Shown one piece after another: positions 27,632 to 36,800 of a stretch of 64,000 bases of DNA; the first letter of the stretch is position 1; each line of letters starts with the position of its first letter. Source of the stretch: a virus; the IMG/VR virus record IMGVR_UViG_3300033402_000312. One strand, written 5' to 3'. The notes below the pieces were generated by a model. The model was given only the letters and a program-made list of their open reading frames with translations, was not told the DNA's origin and did not search any database. A program made the translations under genes and the position numbers.

Positions 27632-28525
27632 TTAGCCTCTCAACCCCTCTAGGTATGCGACGGTGCTTGCGCCGCCGTGCGTGACCCTCAGGAATTTCCA
27701 AGTCATGTTGGACGACGACCATATCAAGTTGCCGCCGCTTATGAAGACAGCAACCGCCGTGTTGGTGTTGGACGTAAGGGTGCTGAGTCCGGCCCCGTTG
27801 CTGACGCTCACGCCGGAACCTGTGCCCCCGGACTGGTCGCTGGACGGCGGAGTCCATTGCGTTTGCTGGAACCCGTTGACCATCGAGAAGTTCTGCCCTT
27901 GCACCTTGACGACACTGCCGATGACGTTGGTTATCAATGGCAGCGCCCCGCTGATCGCGAAGCGCGTGGACTGGTTCGGGCCGAGCGGGTTCACCGTGCC
28001 TCCCACTGTGCCGATGCCGTCGATGAGGCGTTGCGGGTTGTATTGCGGCGCGGTCTGCAAGACTTCTTTGCCGCTGCTCAAGCCCACGTAGCAGTTCCAG
28101 CCGGTGACGTACGGCTGCTGCGCAGCACTCGGGACTGGGGCCGCGACAAAAAGGTAGTTGCCCGCCAAGACCGACAGGGAGGATTCCGGGGATGCCGTGG
28201 TTTCGCCCCACTTGGTGATGAACGTGGTCTTGACGTAGAAGGTCTGCGGCGGAAGCGTGCTGGTGTCAACGTTGCCGGGCGGGGTTGAGAGGCTTCCCGG
28301 CGTGGACAAAAATTGGCTCAGCACGGGAGCCGCGCCCGGAGCGCCGATGCCCGAGCCGTCGATCATCACATTCGGGTCGTTCGAAACCTCGATGTCGGTG
28401 CTGGCGGCGACGTAGTTGTTGATCTGAACCGAGATGGCCACGAGGTTGCTGACATCGATCCAAGAACCGTTGGAGTTCGGCGGGCTGCCGCTGGTGCTGT
28501 AAATCTGTAAGGTTTGAACCTGCAT
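27632..28525 (-). CDS. tail fiber-like structural protein (297 aa)
   Basis: ATG preceded by GAGGGG. Ser/Thr/Asn/Gly-rich beta-type composition (STSGSPPNSNGSWIDVSNLVAISVQINNYVAASTDIEVSNDPNV). Confidence 0.5.
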   Translation of the reverse strand: MQVQTLQIYSTSGSPPNSNGSWIDVSNLVAISVQINNYVAASTDIEVSNDPNVMIDGSGIGAPGAAPVLSQFLSTPGSLSTPPGNVDTSTLPPQTFYVKTTFITKWGETTASPESSLSVLAGNYLFVAAPVPSAAQQPYVTGWNCYVGLSSGKEVLQTAPQYNPQRLIDGIGTVGGTVNPLGPNQSTRFAISGALPLITNVIGSVVKVQGQNFSMVNGFQQTQWTPPSSDQSGGTGSGVSVSNGAGLSTLTSNTNTAVAVFISGGNLIWSSSNMTWKFLRVTHGGASTVAYLEGLRG

Positions 28526-28582
28526 GCTCTTTCACCCCTCGCTTAAGGAACGCGATAGTTTGAAAAATGCTATAGAAACCGC

Positions 28583-28618
28583 AAAAGGGACGGTTGCCCG
28601 CTGCCGAGACCCTTTTTA
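28583..28618 (-). terminator. weak, imperfect hairpin flanked by A-tract and T-tract; possible bidirectional terminator (approximate)
   Basis: AAAAGGGACGGTTGCCCGCTGCCGAGACCCTTTTT between the HNH gene and the fiber gene. Confidence 0.3.
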
Positions 28619-28721
28619 GAGTCCTGCCCACCCATAACCCGGCGTCCTCGTCGGGTCTCGACGCGAGGCGTGATCCTCCGTGGGGTGCCGGGGCTGGCAG
28701 GACGGAAAATAGTCCCGGCAT

Positions 28722-29171
28722 CTAAACTTCGTGCCCGGCTGGTTCCTTGGCGCTTCCGTCTACCTGCTCCAGAGCCTTCCTTAAAATCCCCGGATCGTCC
28801 TTGAAGCACTCCATGCCCCGGTTACAATTAGTGCAAAGCAGACGTTTCCGGGAACCGAATGCGTGGATGTGGGTGTCGCGATGGTACAAGGTGAGGGAGG
28901 CCCCGCAGATGAGGCACTTCTTGTCCTGCGAACGCCATAGCTCAAGGTAGTCGCCGGGTGACATGCGCCACTTTTGCTCAAGAAGCTGCTCGAAAGCGGA
29001 GACCTTGGCCCAAAACGACCCGGTGTAGGCATTGTGGCAGGTCTTGCAATAGTCCTGCCTGCCGGAGGCGGTGCGGCGGTTCTCGCCGAAGGCGTCGTAG
29101 GGCAAGACTTTGCCGCAGCGGTTGCACCATTTGGTCTTGGCTATCTCGTCAAAAAGCCTCTTACGCCCCAT
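28722..29171 (-). CDS. HNH endonuclease, phage T4 endonuclease VII-like (149 aa)
   Basis: CNRCG...CKTCH zinc site, then CLICGASL...HRDTHIHAFGSRKRLLCTNCNRG matching the EndoVII C-x2-C / H-x-H / LLC-x2-CN pattern (looser than the 58264 copy). Confidence 0.65.
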   Translation of the reverse strand: MGRKRLFDEIAKTKWCNRCGKVLPYDAFGENRRTASGRQDYCKTCHNAYTGSFWAKVSAFEQLLEQKWRMSPGDYLELWRSQDKKCLICGASLTLYHRDTHIHAFGSRKRLLCTNCNRGMECFKDDPGILRKALEQVDGSAKEPAGHEV

Positions 29172-29305
29172 TATTCCACCGGCACTTTTCCATAAATCCC
29201 CTTAATTCCCTAATACCGCCGTTTTCCCCCTAAAACGATTTCAGTAGTCAAAGGATTTCGCTACCTATGCTCTTTGTAGAGGACACTTCCTCCAAGGTTT
29301 CTTAA

Positions 29306-30886
29306 ATGGCTAACAACATTGTTCTGAACCCGCAGCGCGGCGACTCCTTCGCCCTGACGGGCGTGGCAAGCGTCTACAACCAGCCTTCTGCATTCCAGCC
29401 AATCGGCGTGACGGTCTACAGCACCGCCAGCATCGCGGCAAACGCGAACAGCGCCCTCGCAGGCAAGGCCCTGACCATCTCGGGTTTCGCCAACGCCAAA
29501 AACAACGGCACATTCCTCGTCACGGCATCCACGGCAACGACTGTGACGACCAACAACGCATACGGCGTGGTCGTGTCGGCAGCAGGCACTGCGACCTTGG
29601 AGACGTCCGGCTTCCCAGCGCAGTACGCCTCGAAGGTCACAAACATCTGGTCGAACCAGAACGGCGACAACGTGACGGTCAACGCCAACGCAGGCGACAC
29701 GCTCGTTGCGATCATCGTCGGTCTCAAGGCTTACAACCAATTCGACTTGCTCCATGGAACGGCACCTTACGGAGTCAAAGTCGTGTCGTCACCTGTTGAG
29801 TACAGCTTCAGTTTCGGTCAGTTGCAGGGCTTGAACGACTTCAACGCAAACCCGTCGATCACCGACCAAGCGAACGGCATCCCCATCGACATCGCAGCGA
29901 CCTCAGTCGCTTCGAACGTTTTGACTGTCACGCTCGAAGAGAACGCTTCGCCAGCGCTCGTGGGCGGCCAAGCTGTCCTGCTCAGCGGCACGCAAGAGTC
30001 CTTCCTGAACGGGCAGTCCGTCACTGTGGTCGCTTACACAGCCGCCACGTTTACTACGCTCAGCAACGGCCAGACAGTGCAGAAGACGCCAGCCAAGTTC
30101 ACCGCTTCGTTCCACACGTCGAACTACAGCAACGCGGATGACACGGGCAGCGCGACCCCGGCAGGCAACACATGGTCCCTGATTGCAAACGCGAACATTG
30201 TGGACTCGGACTACATCGCGTCCCTCCCAACCGCCAACGGCAGCGTGACACCCTCGGTGTGGAACGGTCGGTTGACGTACACCTCGAAGGGCGCATATGC
30301 ATACGGGTCGAACCTCGCCACGTCGTTGACGGCGTCGTCCCCATACCAGTCCAGCAAATGGAACCTCGATGGGTACTACCCGAGCATCTACATCTTCGTC
30401 GCGCAGAACGTCAAGTCTGGCAGCTATAAGGTCGGTGTCAATTCGATGTACCAGCCCGGAGCCGCCAACAACCTGATCGACTGGTCACAAGGCGCTGTCC
30501 CGATCTTTGATGGCGGCGTGAACGTGCAGGTCTACTGCATCAGCGGCGCTGCAACAAGCGGCGGCGTGTCGGCGTCGATCTCGACCACAGACACCACATC
30601 CAACCCGGCGACTGCCCCGTCCCCGCTTACCATCTCGGCTGCGGACGGCGGCGCTCTGCTCTCCATCGGTCTGATGAAGAGCGGCAACGTCTTTGCGCCC
30701 GGCACCTTGGCTGGCAGCCCGCCAGACGCCACCATGACGCAGGTCGGAAACGGCATGCTGGTCGGCTCCGACGCTCGCTACTTGGTTGAGTTCGTGACTG
30801 TGCCTGCGGGCACTTGGAACCCCGGCTTCGCCAACCCCCTCGGGTACTCGATGCTGGTCGCGTCCGTAGCGATCTCCTCGACCTAA
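29306..30886 (+). CDS. plus-strand structural-like protein (526 aa; Ala/Ser/Thr/Asn/Gly-rich); fiber or capsid-decoration candidate
   Basis: ATG preceded by AAGG. Beta-rich low-charge composition similar to the fiber genes. Followed by a clean terminator. Confidence 0.55.
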   Translation: MANNIVLNPQRGDSFALTGVASVYNQPSAFQPIGVTVYSTASIAANANSALAGKALTISGFANAKNNGTFLVTASTATTVTTNNAYGVVVSAAGTATLETSGFPAQYASKVTNIWSNQNGDNVTVNANAGDTLVAIIVGLKAYNQFDLLHGTAPYGVKVVSSPVEYSFSFGQLQGLNDFNANPSITDQANGIPIDIAATSVASNVLTVTLEENASPALVGGQAVLLSGTQESFLNGQSVTVVAYTAATFTTLSNGQTVQKTPAKFTASFHTSNYSNADDTGSATPAGNTWSLIANANIVDSDYIASLPTANGSVTPSVWNGRLTYTSKGAYAYGSNLATSLTASSPYQSSKWNLDGYYPSIYIFVAQNVKSGSYKVGVNSMYQPGAANNLIDWSQGAVPIFDGGVNVQVYCISGAATSGGVSASISTTDTTSNPATAPSPLTISAADGGALLSIGLMKSGNVFAPGTLAGSPPDATMTQVGNGMLVGSDARYLVEFVTVPAGTWNPGFANPLGYSMLVASVAISST

Positions 30887-30903
30887 ACCTATCCGAAACC
30901 CGG

Positions 30904-30938
30904 AAAAGGCGGGCTTGTGGCCCGCCTTTTCCTTTTGC
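30904..30938 (+). terminator. rho-independent terminator (approximate coordinates)
   Basis: GGCGGGC-ttgtg-GCCCGCC followed by TTTTCCTTTTGC, immediately after the stop of 29306..30886. Confidence 0.6.
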
Positions 30939-31085
30939 TTCTTCAAAATTCACAGTATTGGAGTATTGGGTGGTGGGGTTTTGCGATTAAATCCAAAGGA
31001 CACACCACCCCATTATAATCGTACCACAAAATTTCATGGAGGCACGACGTAAGTCGTTGACAATAAAATCGAGAACACGCCCTAC

Positions 31086-31802
31086 ATGGATAGCATCTCG
31101 GCCGAACGGTCAATGCTCCTTACCGAGGAGGAGCAGCTAGAGGGCACCACCACGATCAGCCTTGAAACGCAGGCTGACATGACCGAGGAAGACGTATTGA
31201 CGTACATCATGGAAAATTTTGCAGAATTCCTAAAGTTCCTGCGCTACCTGAAGAAAGAAGACCAAGAGCTTCTGCTGTCGTACTACCTGCTCAGCAAGAC
31301 CCAAAACACCCTTGCGATCATCCACAAATCCACGCAGACAGTTTGTTCCTTCCGAATCCGCATGGCTGTCAAGACGCTGGCTTGCTTCATCATGATGGGG
31401 GAACCAACCGTCGAGCACATGCACGGCATACTTGAGGGGGCGGGGCTGGAGAAAAGCCTTGAGAAGATCGACTTGTCGGAGGTCATCGACTTGTACGCGA
31501 AGACGCGCTCGTTCCAGCGGATCGCGGAAGTCCACGGTCTGCACCGCCCCGACATACGCCGTGCCATGAGCCGGGCATCGAAGGCGCTCATGGAGTCGAA
31601 AGACCCGAGTGAGCATGCCCTCGGCGCGTACATCCATTCGCTGATAGACAAGGCAAACCCGTCAGGCGTCGGCTACAGCAAGAGAAAGATGCAAAAGTTG
31701 GGCCACATCTACCGCGTAGACCCGGCTATTTTAGGCGAGTTTCGCATAGATGTCTCTAACCCCGACTTCGACCACATGTTCGTCAGCCGGGCGAACCGCT
31801 GA
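31086..31802 (+). CDS. regulator with two sigma-70 region-4-like HTH segments (238 aa) in a lower-GC block
   Basis: LLLSYYLLSKTQNTLAIIHKSTQTVCSFRIRMAVKTL and VIDLYAKTRSFQRIAEVHGLHRPDIRRAMSRASKAL both follow the region-4 pattern (aromatic, T/S, hydrophobic-EIA, V-x2-R-x2-A-x2-L). Codon usage is visibly more AT-rich than the surroundings. Confidence 0.45.
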   Translation: MDSISAERSMLLTEEEQLEGTTTISLETQADMTEEDVLTYIMENFAEFLKFLRYLKKEDQELLLSYYLLSKTQNTLAIIHKSTQTVCSFRIRMAVKTLACFIMMGEPTVEHMHGILEGAGLEKSLEKIDLSEVIDLYAKTRSFQRIAEVHGLHRPDIRRAMSRASKALMESKDPSEHALGAYIHSLIDKANPSGVGYSKRKMQKLGHIYRVDPAILGEFRIDVSNPDFDHMFVSRANR

Positions 31803-32007
31803 TGCTAGTTTTTCTCTTGAGATGCCCTGTGTGGTAAAACCCGCAAAACGTGCATGGGTAAACGACCCGACTGCCGGGGCAGTTTCGCTTGGCAGCCGCC
31901 TCGTTCAGGTAGCGCGTCTTTCGACCGCACTCCTTGAGCTTCCGCAGCAGCCAATATGTCCGTTCATCCATATATGAAATCTTATTTTGTCGGGAAGAGC
32001 CAGTCAA
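31783..32007 (-). CDS. small Cys/His-containing protein (74 aa)
   Basis: CPGSRVVYPCTFCGFYHTGH, a possible zinc-binding regulator. Overlaps the 3' end of the plus-strand gene by 20 nt. Confidence 0.3.
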   Translation of the reverse strand: MTGSSRQNKISYMDERTYWLLRKLKECGRKTRYLNEAAAKRNCPGSRVVYPCTFCGFYHTGHLKRKTSISGSPG

Positions 32008-32120
32008 CGAGCCAGTCAGCGAAAGCTTCCCAAGCTGCGTTCAGCACGTAAAAGATTATGAAGAGCAAAACCGCGACCGTCGCGCACGCAAACGCCAACG
32101 TGAGATCGGAAAGCACCTGT

Positions 32121-32330
32121 TCAGTATAGTACGTTTTCCCTTTCCTTTGGGGAAAGAATCTCGTGCGCTTTGTAGTACGTTTCCCAATCCTTGAGAAGCT
32201 CCTCGGCTTCCTTGTAAGTCGCGACCTGCGGCCCGTAGACCACGCCGTTTTCGTCTTGCACAACGAAGCCGCTGTCCTTCGCCGCTATTCCAAGCTTTCC
32301 CATGGTGCTCCTTTCGATTGGGTCGGTCAC
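32121..32330 (-). CDS. hypothetical protein (69 aa)
   Basis: Balanced composition (MTDPIERSTMGKLGIAAKDSGFVVQDENGVVYGPQVATYKEAEELLKDWETYY). Overlaps the start of the downstream gene by 4 nt. Confidence 0.4.
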   Translation of the reverse strand: MTDPIERSTMGKLGIAAKDSGFVVQDENGVVYGPQVATYKEAEELLKDWETYYKAHEILSPKERENVLY

Positions 32331-32740
32331 TTCGTTTTCAATTTCACTGTCTTGATCATTAGCGCGATGAACGTGCCCATAGACCTGTTCGCTTCCCTAA
32401 ACTCATTTTCAGCTTCGAGCCAATTCTGCGAGGCTGTGCGGGACGCTTTCTCGGCATTCTCGGCGACCTGACGGAGGCGGTTGGTCTTGGTAGCCATCGC
32501 TTGGGCGTTGCCGAAGTTCTGGTTCGCGGCGATGGCTGCGGTCATCAGCTTGGGGTTGTGCTCGAAAAGCTGTTCGAGCGCGATCACACGCTGCCACAGC
32601 GGCATGTCGGTGAGCAAGCCATCAAGGTGCGACGCGGTGGCGTCGGCAGTGCGGAGCGCGAGGCTGGAATTCTTGTAGATGACCAGCTTTTTCTGGCATC
32701 CATCGGCACCGGGATAATAATGAACTTTCAGCACTTGCAT
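32327..32740 (-). CDS. hypothetical protein (137 aa)
   Basis: ATG at 32740 preceded by GGAGGG. Confidence 0.45.
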   Translation of the reverse strand: MQVLKVHYYPGADGCQKKLVIYKNSSLALRTADATASHLDGLLTDMPLWQRVIALEQLFEHNPKLMTAAIAANQNFGNAQAMATKTNRLRQVAENAEKASRTASQNWLEAENEFREANRSMGTFIALMIKTVKLKTK

Positions 32741-32845
32741 TGTCCCTCCAGAAGCTCCTTGCACACCCCCAGTATACAGGCAACAATGCGGAATCGTCTA
32801 GTTTTAAGTGTTTTGTTTTCCTTTACTTATAGGAATGCGGCAGCC

Positions 32846-33808
32846 TTACGACCGACCAGCCGCCTTGGCATTTCCGGCAGCCTCGGACTTGCCCTGAGAC
32901 TGGGGGATGTTCTTCACGAACTCCTCCGCTGCCGGGGCTGCGGGAGTGCCGGGGGAAACGATCTGCGTCCTCGGGCGGACGCGCCCGGCTTTGCCTGCGC
33001 CGACCTCCGCCTTGCCTTGGGATTGCGGGATGTCTTTCACGAACGACTCGGCGGACGCCGCACCGTCTTCCGCACGCTTCCTGCTTGCATCCTTGATGGA
33101 AGTCTGAGCTTCGCCGCCTTCGACCTGCGGGCTTACGACCTTCTTCGGGGTCTCGGGCTTGCCCTCATTGCTGCGGTCAGTCACAAAGCCCTGGCTTCCG
33201 GGGCCGCTGTTCGCGGTGCGGGGGACTTCGACCCGCTCCGGGGTCTTGGGTTGACCACCCCCATCACGGTCAGTGACCCAAGCATCAGAGCCAGCGCCTT
33301 CCTTAATTTCCTCGTCCACCGGGGCTTCCTCGCCGACCTCCTCGCCTGCTTCCTCACCGTGCTCAAGCTCTTCGATGCCCTCGTTGGAAAAGGCTTCCTC
33401 GGCAGGCGTGGCGTTCAAATCGACTCCAAGCTGGTCAGCCGCCATCTCCAAGGTACCGGCGATCTCGTCAAGGCTCTTGTACGCCTCTTGGACCGCCTCG
33501 GCAAGCTGCTCGGGGGCTTCCTCGGCGATACGTTGAAAGGATTTGGCATAGTTCCGCGCAGCCGCGACGCGAACCTTGAGGGAAGCCTCTTTGGGGGCTT
33601 GGACAAGGTCTAGGTTTGCCTTCAGGTTCTCGAATGCCTCGGCTTGAGCCGCGCAAAGCTCGGACAGGTAGGCAAGCTTTTTTTCGAAGTCGCTTGCGCC
33701 CTCTTCAGCCGCGTGGCGCATCTTCGCCCACTTAGCCTTCTCCGCCGCCTCTTTCTCAGCCTTGCGGGCTTGGATTTTCTTCAGCAATTCCGCACGTTTC
33801 GTTGCCAT
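32846..33808 (-). CDS. acidic coiled-coil protein with C-terminal repeats (320 aa); scaffold/assembly-like
   Basis: Lys/Glu/Ala helical N-terminus, acidic middle, and a repeated FVKDIPQSQGKAEV / FVKNIPQSQGKSEA unit. Confidence 0.5.
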   Translation of the reverse strand: MATKRAELLKKIQARKAEKEAAEKAKWAKMRHAAEEGASDFEKKLAYLSELCAAQAEAFENLKANLDLVQAPKEASLKVRVAAARNYAKSFQRIAEEAPEQLAEAVQEAYKSLDEIAGTLEMAADQLGVDLNATPAEEAFSNEGIEELEHGEEAGEEVGEEAPVDEEIKEGAGSDAWVTDRDGGGQPKTPERVEVPRTANSGPGSQGFVTDRSNEGKPETPKKVVSPQVEGGEAQTSIKDASRKRAEDGAASAESFVKDIPQSQGKAEVGAGKAGRVRPRTQIVSPGTPAAPAAEEFVKNIPQSQGKSEAAGNAKAAGRS

Positions 33809-33861
33809 AAATAGTCCCTCTTAAACAGATTGTGTAGTTACGTTTTTCAGATACTGGGCTG

Positions 33862-36800
33862 TTAGCCGTCCAAACCTGCTTCCCGCGCCAGCCGTTCCTC
33901 CTCGGAAGCAATCAAAGCGCCCATCATGTGGTACTTGGCGTTCGGTAGTTCCGGTTCGATGGTGTGCCTTCTCTCGCCGCCCGGCTCTTCTTGCCCCTCG
34001 CCCGGTATGATCGCCACGGTGCTGCCGCCCGGCCCGGGTGCCTGCTCCTGCGGGCGGACAAGGTTCAGGTTCTGCTGCACATTCGGATGCACGGCTGCCG
34101 GGGCTGCACCCGCCGCGTCCTTCATGCCGCTCAGCATGCCGTCCGTTGACAGACCTTCCGTCCTGTGCTCGTAGAAATTCTCGCGCCAAAGGTCGCCAGC
34201 GCCACGGACGTCGTCATTGCCGCTGTTCGAGCCAGCGGCATCCTTATCAAATAATCTTGTTTTATCCGCAAAATGCCCGTTCACCATATCCCCGAGATAT
34301 TGACGTTGCCCGTCCGAATAAACCCCGTAAACTCTTTCCCCCTCCTTCATTTTTCTGATTGCGTCAATAAACGTAGAAAATGGGAGGACTTTGCCCTTTC
34401 TTTCGACTTCATACGAAATAGGAAAGCCTCCATCTTCTTCGGCGGACGTCTTGCTGCGCTCGTCCTCGCGGGCGGCGTCGGCGTCCCGATCAAGCTCAAA
34501 ATCAGGTTCGATCTCCCCCTCGATTCTCCCCATCCTTTCGAGCATGCTCCACTCGTCGCCAGGGGGGTTGCCGGGAGTCTCGCGGTAATCGCGTGCCGGT
34601 CTGCCGGGCACAAGCCTGCCCTCGTAGGTCACCTGCTCGCAATCCTCGCAGTAGATTTTGTAGCCTTCGCTCCCGACTGCGTCAACGTCGATGTTGGTGC
34701 CGTGGCACCTCGGGCACGTGATTTCCTCAGGGTCTTCGATGCTCGCGGTGCTGGACATCCCGGTCTCGCCCTCAGTGCCGGACGGGACGTTAACGATGCG
34801 CGGCTGGATGCCGGGGGATCGCGGGGCGGTCGCCGGGGCGTTCGAGCTATGCGGACCGGGGATTTGGTCGATTGCATTGGGCACCGCTATCGGCTGCCCC
34901 TTGCTGGGCACGTTCGGGTCGGTGACGTTCTGCTCCTGCATCGTGACCGTGGTGTTGCCGCCGCCTTGCGCGGTCTTTCCGATTTTGGGATCAGGATTGG
35001 GGCTGATCCTGCGCTCCCGGATCGGCACCATGCGCCTCTCCACCTCGACCGGCTTGGTTTCCCGGATCGTGCTGACGCCCTCTGTTGGCCCGGCAGGGAG
35101 GGCTGGCTGCTGGTTATCGAGGGCTTCCGGGTGGACAGCCTCCGATCCGCACGCCCCGCACCGACCTTCGCGGTTCAATTTCCCCACATTCCCGCAGTCC
35201 ATGCACTTCCAGCGCTCGTTGCTCGGAATAGCCCCGCTCTTGCCCATCGTGCCCAGCGACGTCGCCAGACCCGTTTCGCTCTCAAAGACCTCGCGGAGCG
35301 AGTCCGCGTAGACGTCGTCGTGCTTGGAGATCACCGTGTCCTTGCTGCCGCGCAGCCGGGAGAAGGTCACGTTGTAGGTGTCGTTCGGGGTGAGGTCGAT
35401 GCGCACCACATTGATGCCGTTCTTGATAAATCCGCCGGAGCCGGGGAGCCTGAACGACAGCCCGTTCCCGGTGTCGATGAAATTTCGCGCCCCGGTCATG
35501 GCGATGAACCTGCGCCCGCCGAGTTGCTCAAGGATCGTTTTCGCAACGGAGTGTGCTTCGTCAGCCGCTTGCCTGCGCTCCCTGAACTCCGCCGTGTCCG
35601 CCTCGCCCGACACGTACGCCGTGTCCGGGTATGTTTCGTTGCGGATAGCCTGGCCGTCCGCATTGTCGAACTCGTGCGGGATCATCGCTTTCTTATAGAC
35701 AGCTTTTTTGGGCTGTGTACGGTACCGCGTCTCCACAGCTATGTCCACGATGAAAGGCTTTCCGCAGTCGGGGCATTCTACTTCCCACTCGCCCGAAAGC
35801 CTCTCGCCGTCATCCGTATTCCACTCCTCATCCGTCAACCCAGCGCCGCAGTGCGGGCACTGAAAGTCGTTTCCATTATGGGTAACCCAAAACCAGCCTC
35901 GGTTTGAGAGGGCAGCCTTCTTCTTTGCGTGGATTCCGATCCCCATGTACTCTTCGCGCTCGGGGTAGAATGCCTTCCACTCTTCGATCACCTCGTCGTT
36001 CCCGGCTCCGGTGTCTTCCGCTTCCGTGATCATCGAATTGAGGTAGCGGTAGCCCTCGGTCGTCAGCGGGTTCTCAAGGAAGACGCCGCAGCGTGCGCAG
36101 TGCTCCGGTGCGTCGGACTCCTGGTCGAAGTACGGCCCCTTGGGGTAGTAGTCGGAGTCGTAGGAGTACTCGTCGCTCGGCTTCTCGGGAGCTTCGCCTG
36201 CGGCGTCGAGTTTCTCCCTTATCGCTTCGCCGCACATCTCGCAATACGGCTCAGCCTGGTAGATGTACTGCCCCTTGCCAGGATTGTACGCCGCCTTCTC
36301 CATGGCGAACTTATGCGCCAAGGAAGCGGCCACGGGGAGTTGCTCCGGCGCGAGGTAGGCTGGCACCGCGTGGCGGCGCGGCAGGAGCTTGCCTGCGTTC
36401 GTGAAGTAGAACGCATGTTCCCTCAGCCACTGTTCGTCTGTCTGGAGGGGGATCGTCGGGTGCTGGTGGCCTTCCGCCGAGGTTGTGTTGACGTACGGGT
36501 CCTTTTGTACGTCGCACTTGTCGCAGTGGTAGACGTCGCCCCGGCGCTCGTTGTCGGAAGTCCAGCGGTAGATGAAGGCGTCCTTCACCTGCTTGATTTC
36601 GTCCGGCGCAAGCTGGTCGCCACGGACGAGCTTTTGCGCGGTTTTCATGGAAGCCCGTAAACTCTTCTTCGGATTTTGAGCATGAGCGATGGCGTTGTCC
36701 AAAACTTCATCGGGACGAAGCTCTGCATTGGTGATTCGAGAACTGCCTCCGGGGTTTGCGTGATTTTCATGGAGGTGTTCCCTGCCCTCTTCCCAAGTAG

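Noticed and set aside
27309-28211. Listed 300-aa minus-strand ORF
   Set aside because: Its N-terminal two-thirds are Arg/Gln/His-rich and read like antisense-frame noise. They overlap the well-formed fiber-like gene 27632-28525 in another frame. Only the last 106 codons (27309-27629) look like a real protein.
31982-32263. 93-aa minus-strand ORF with C-terminal TM helix
   Set aside because: The N-terminal half is extremely basic (an alternate-frame artefact of the better 32121-32330 ORF). Only a 44-codon GTG-initiated TM segment (31982-32116) might be real, and it lacks an SD. Not reported as a feature.
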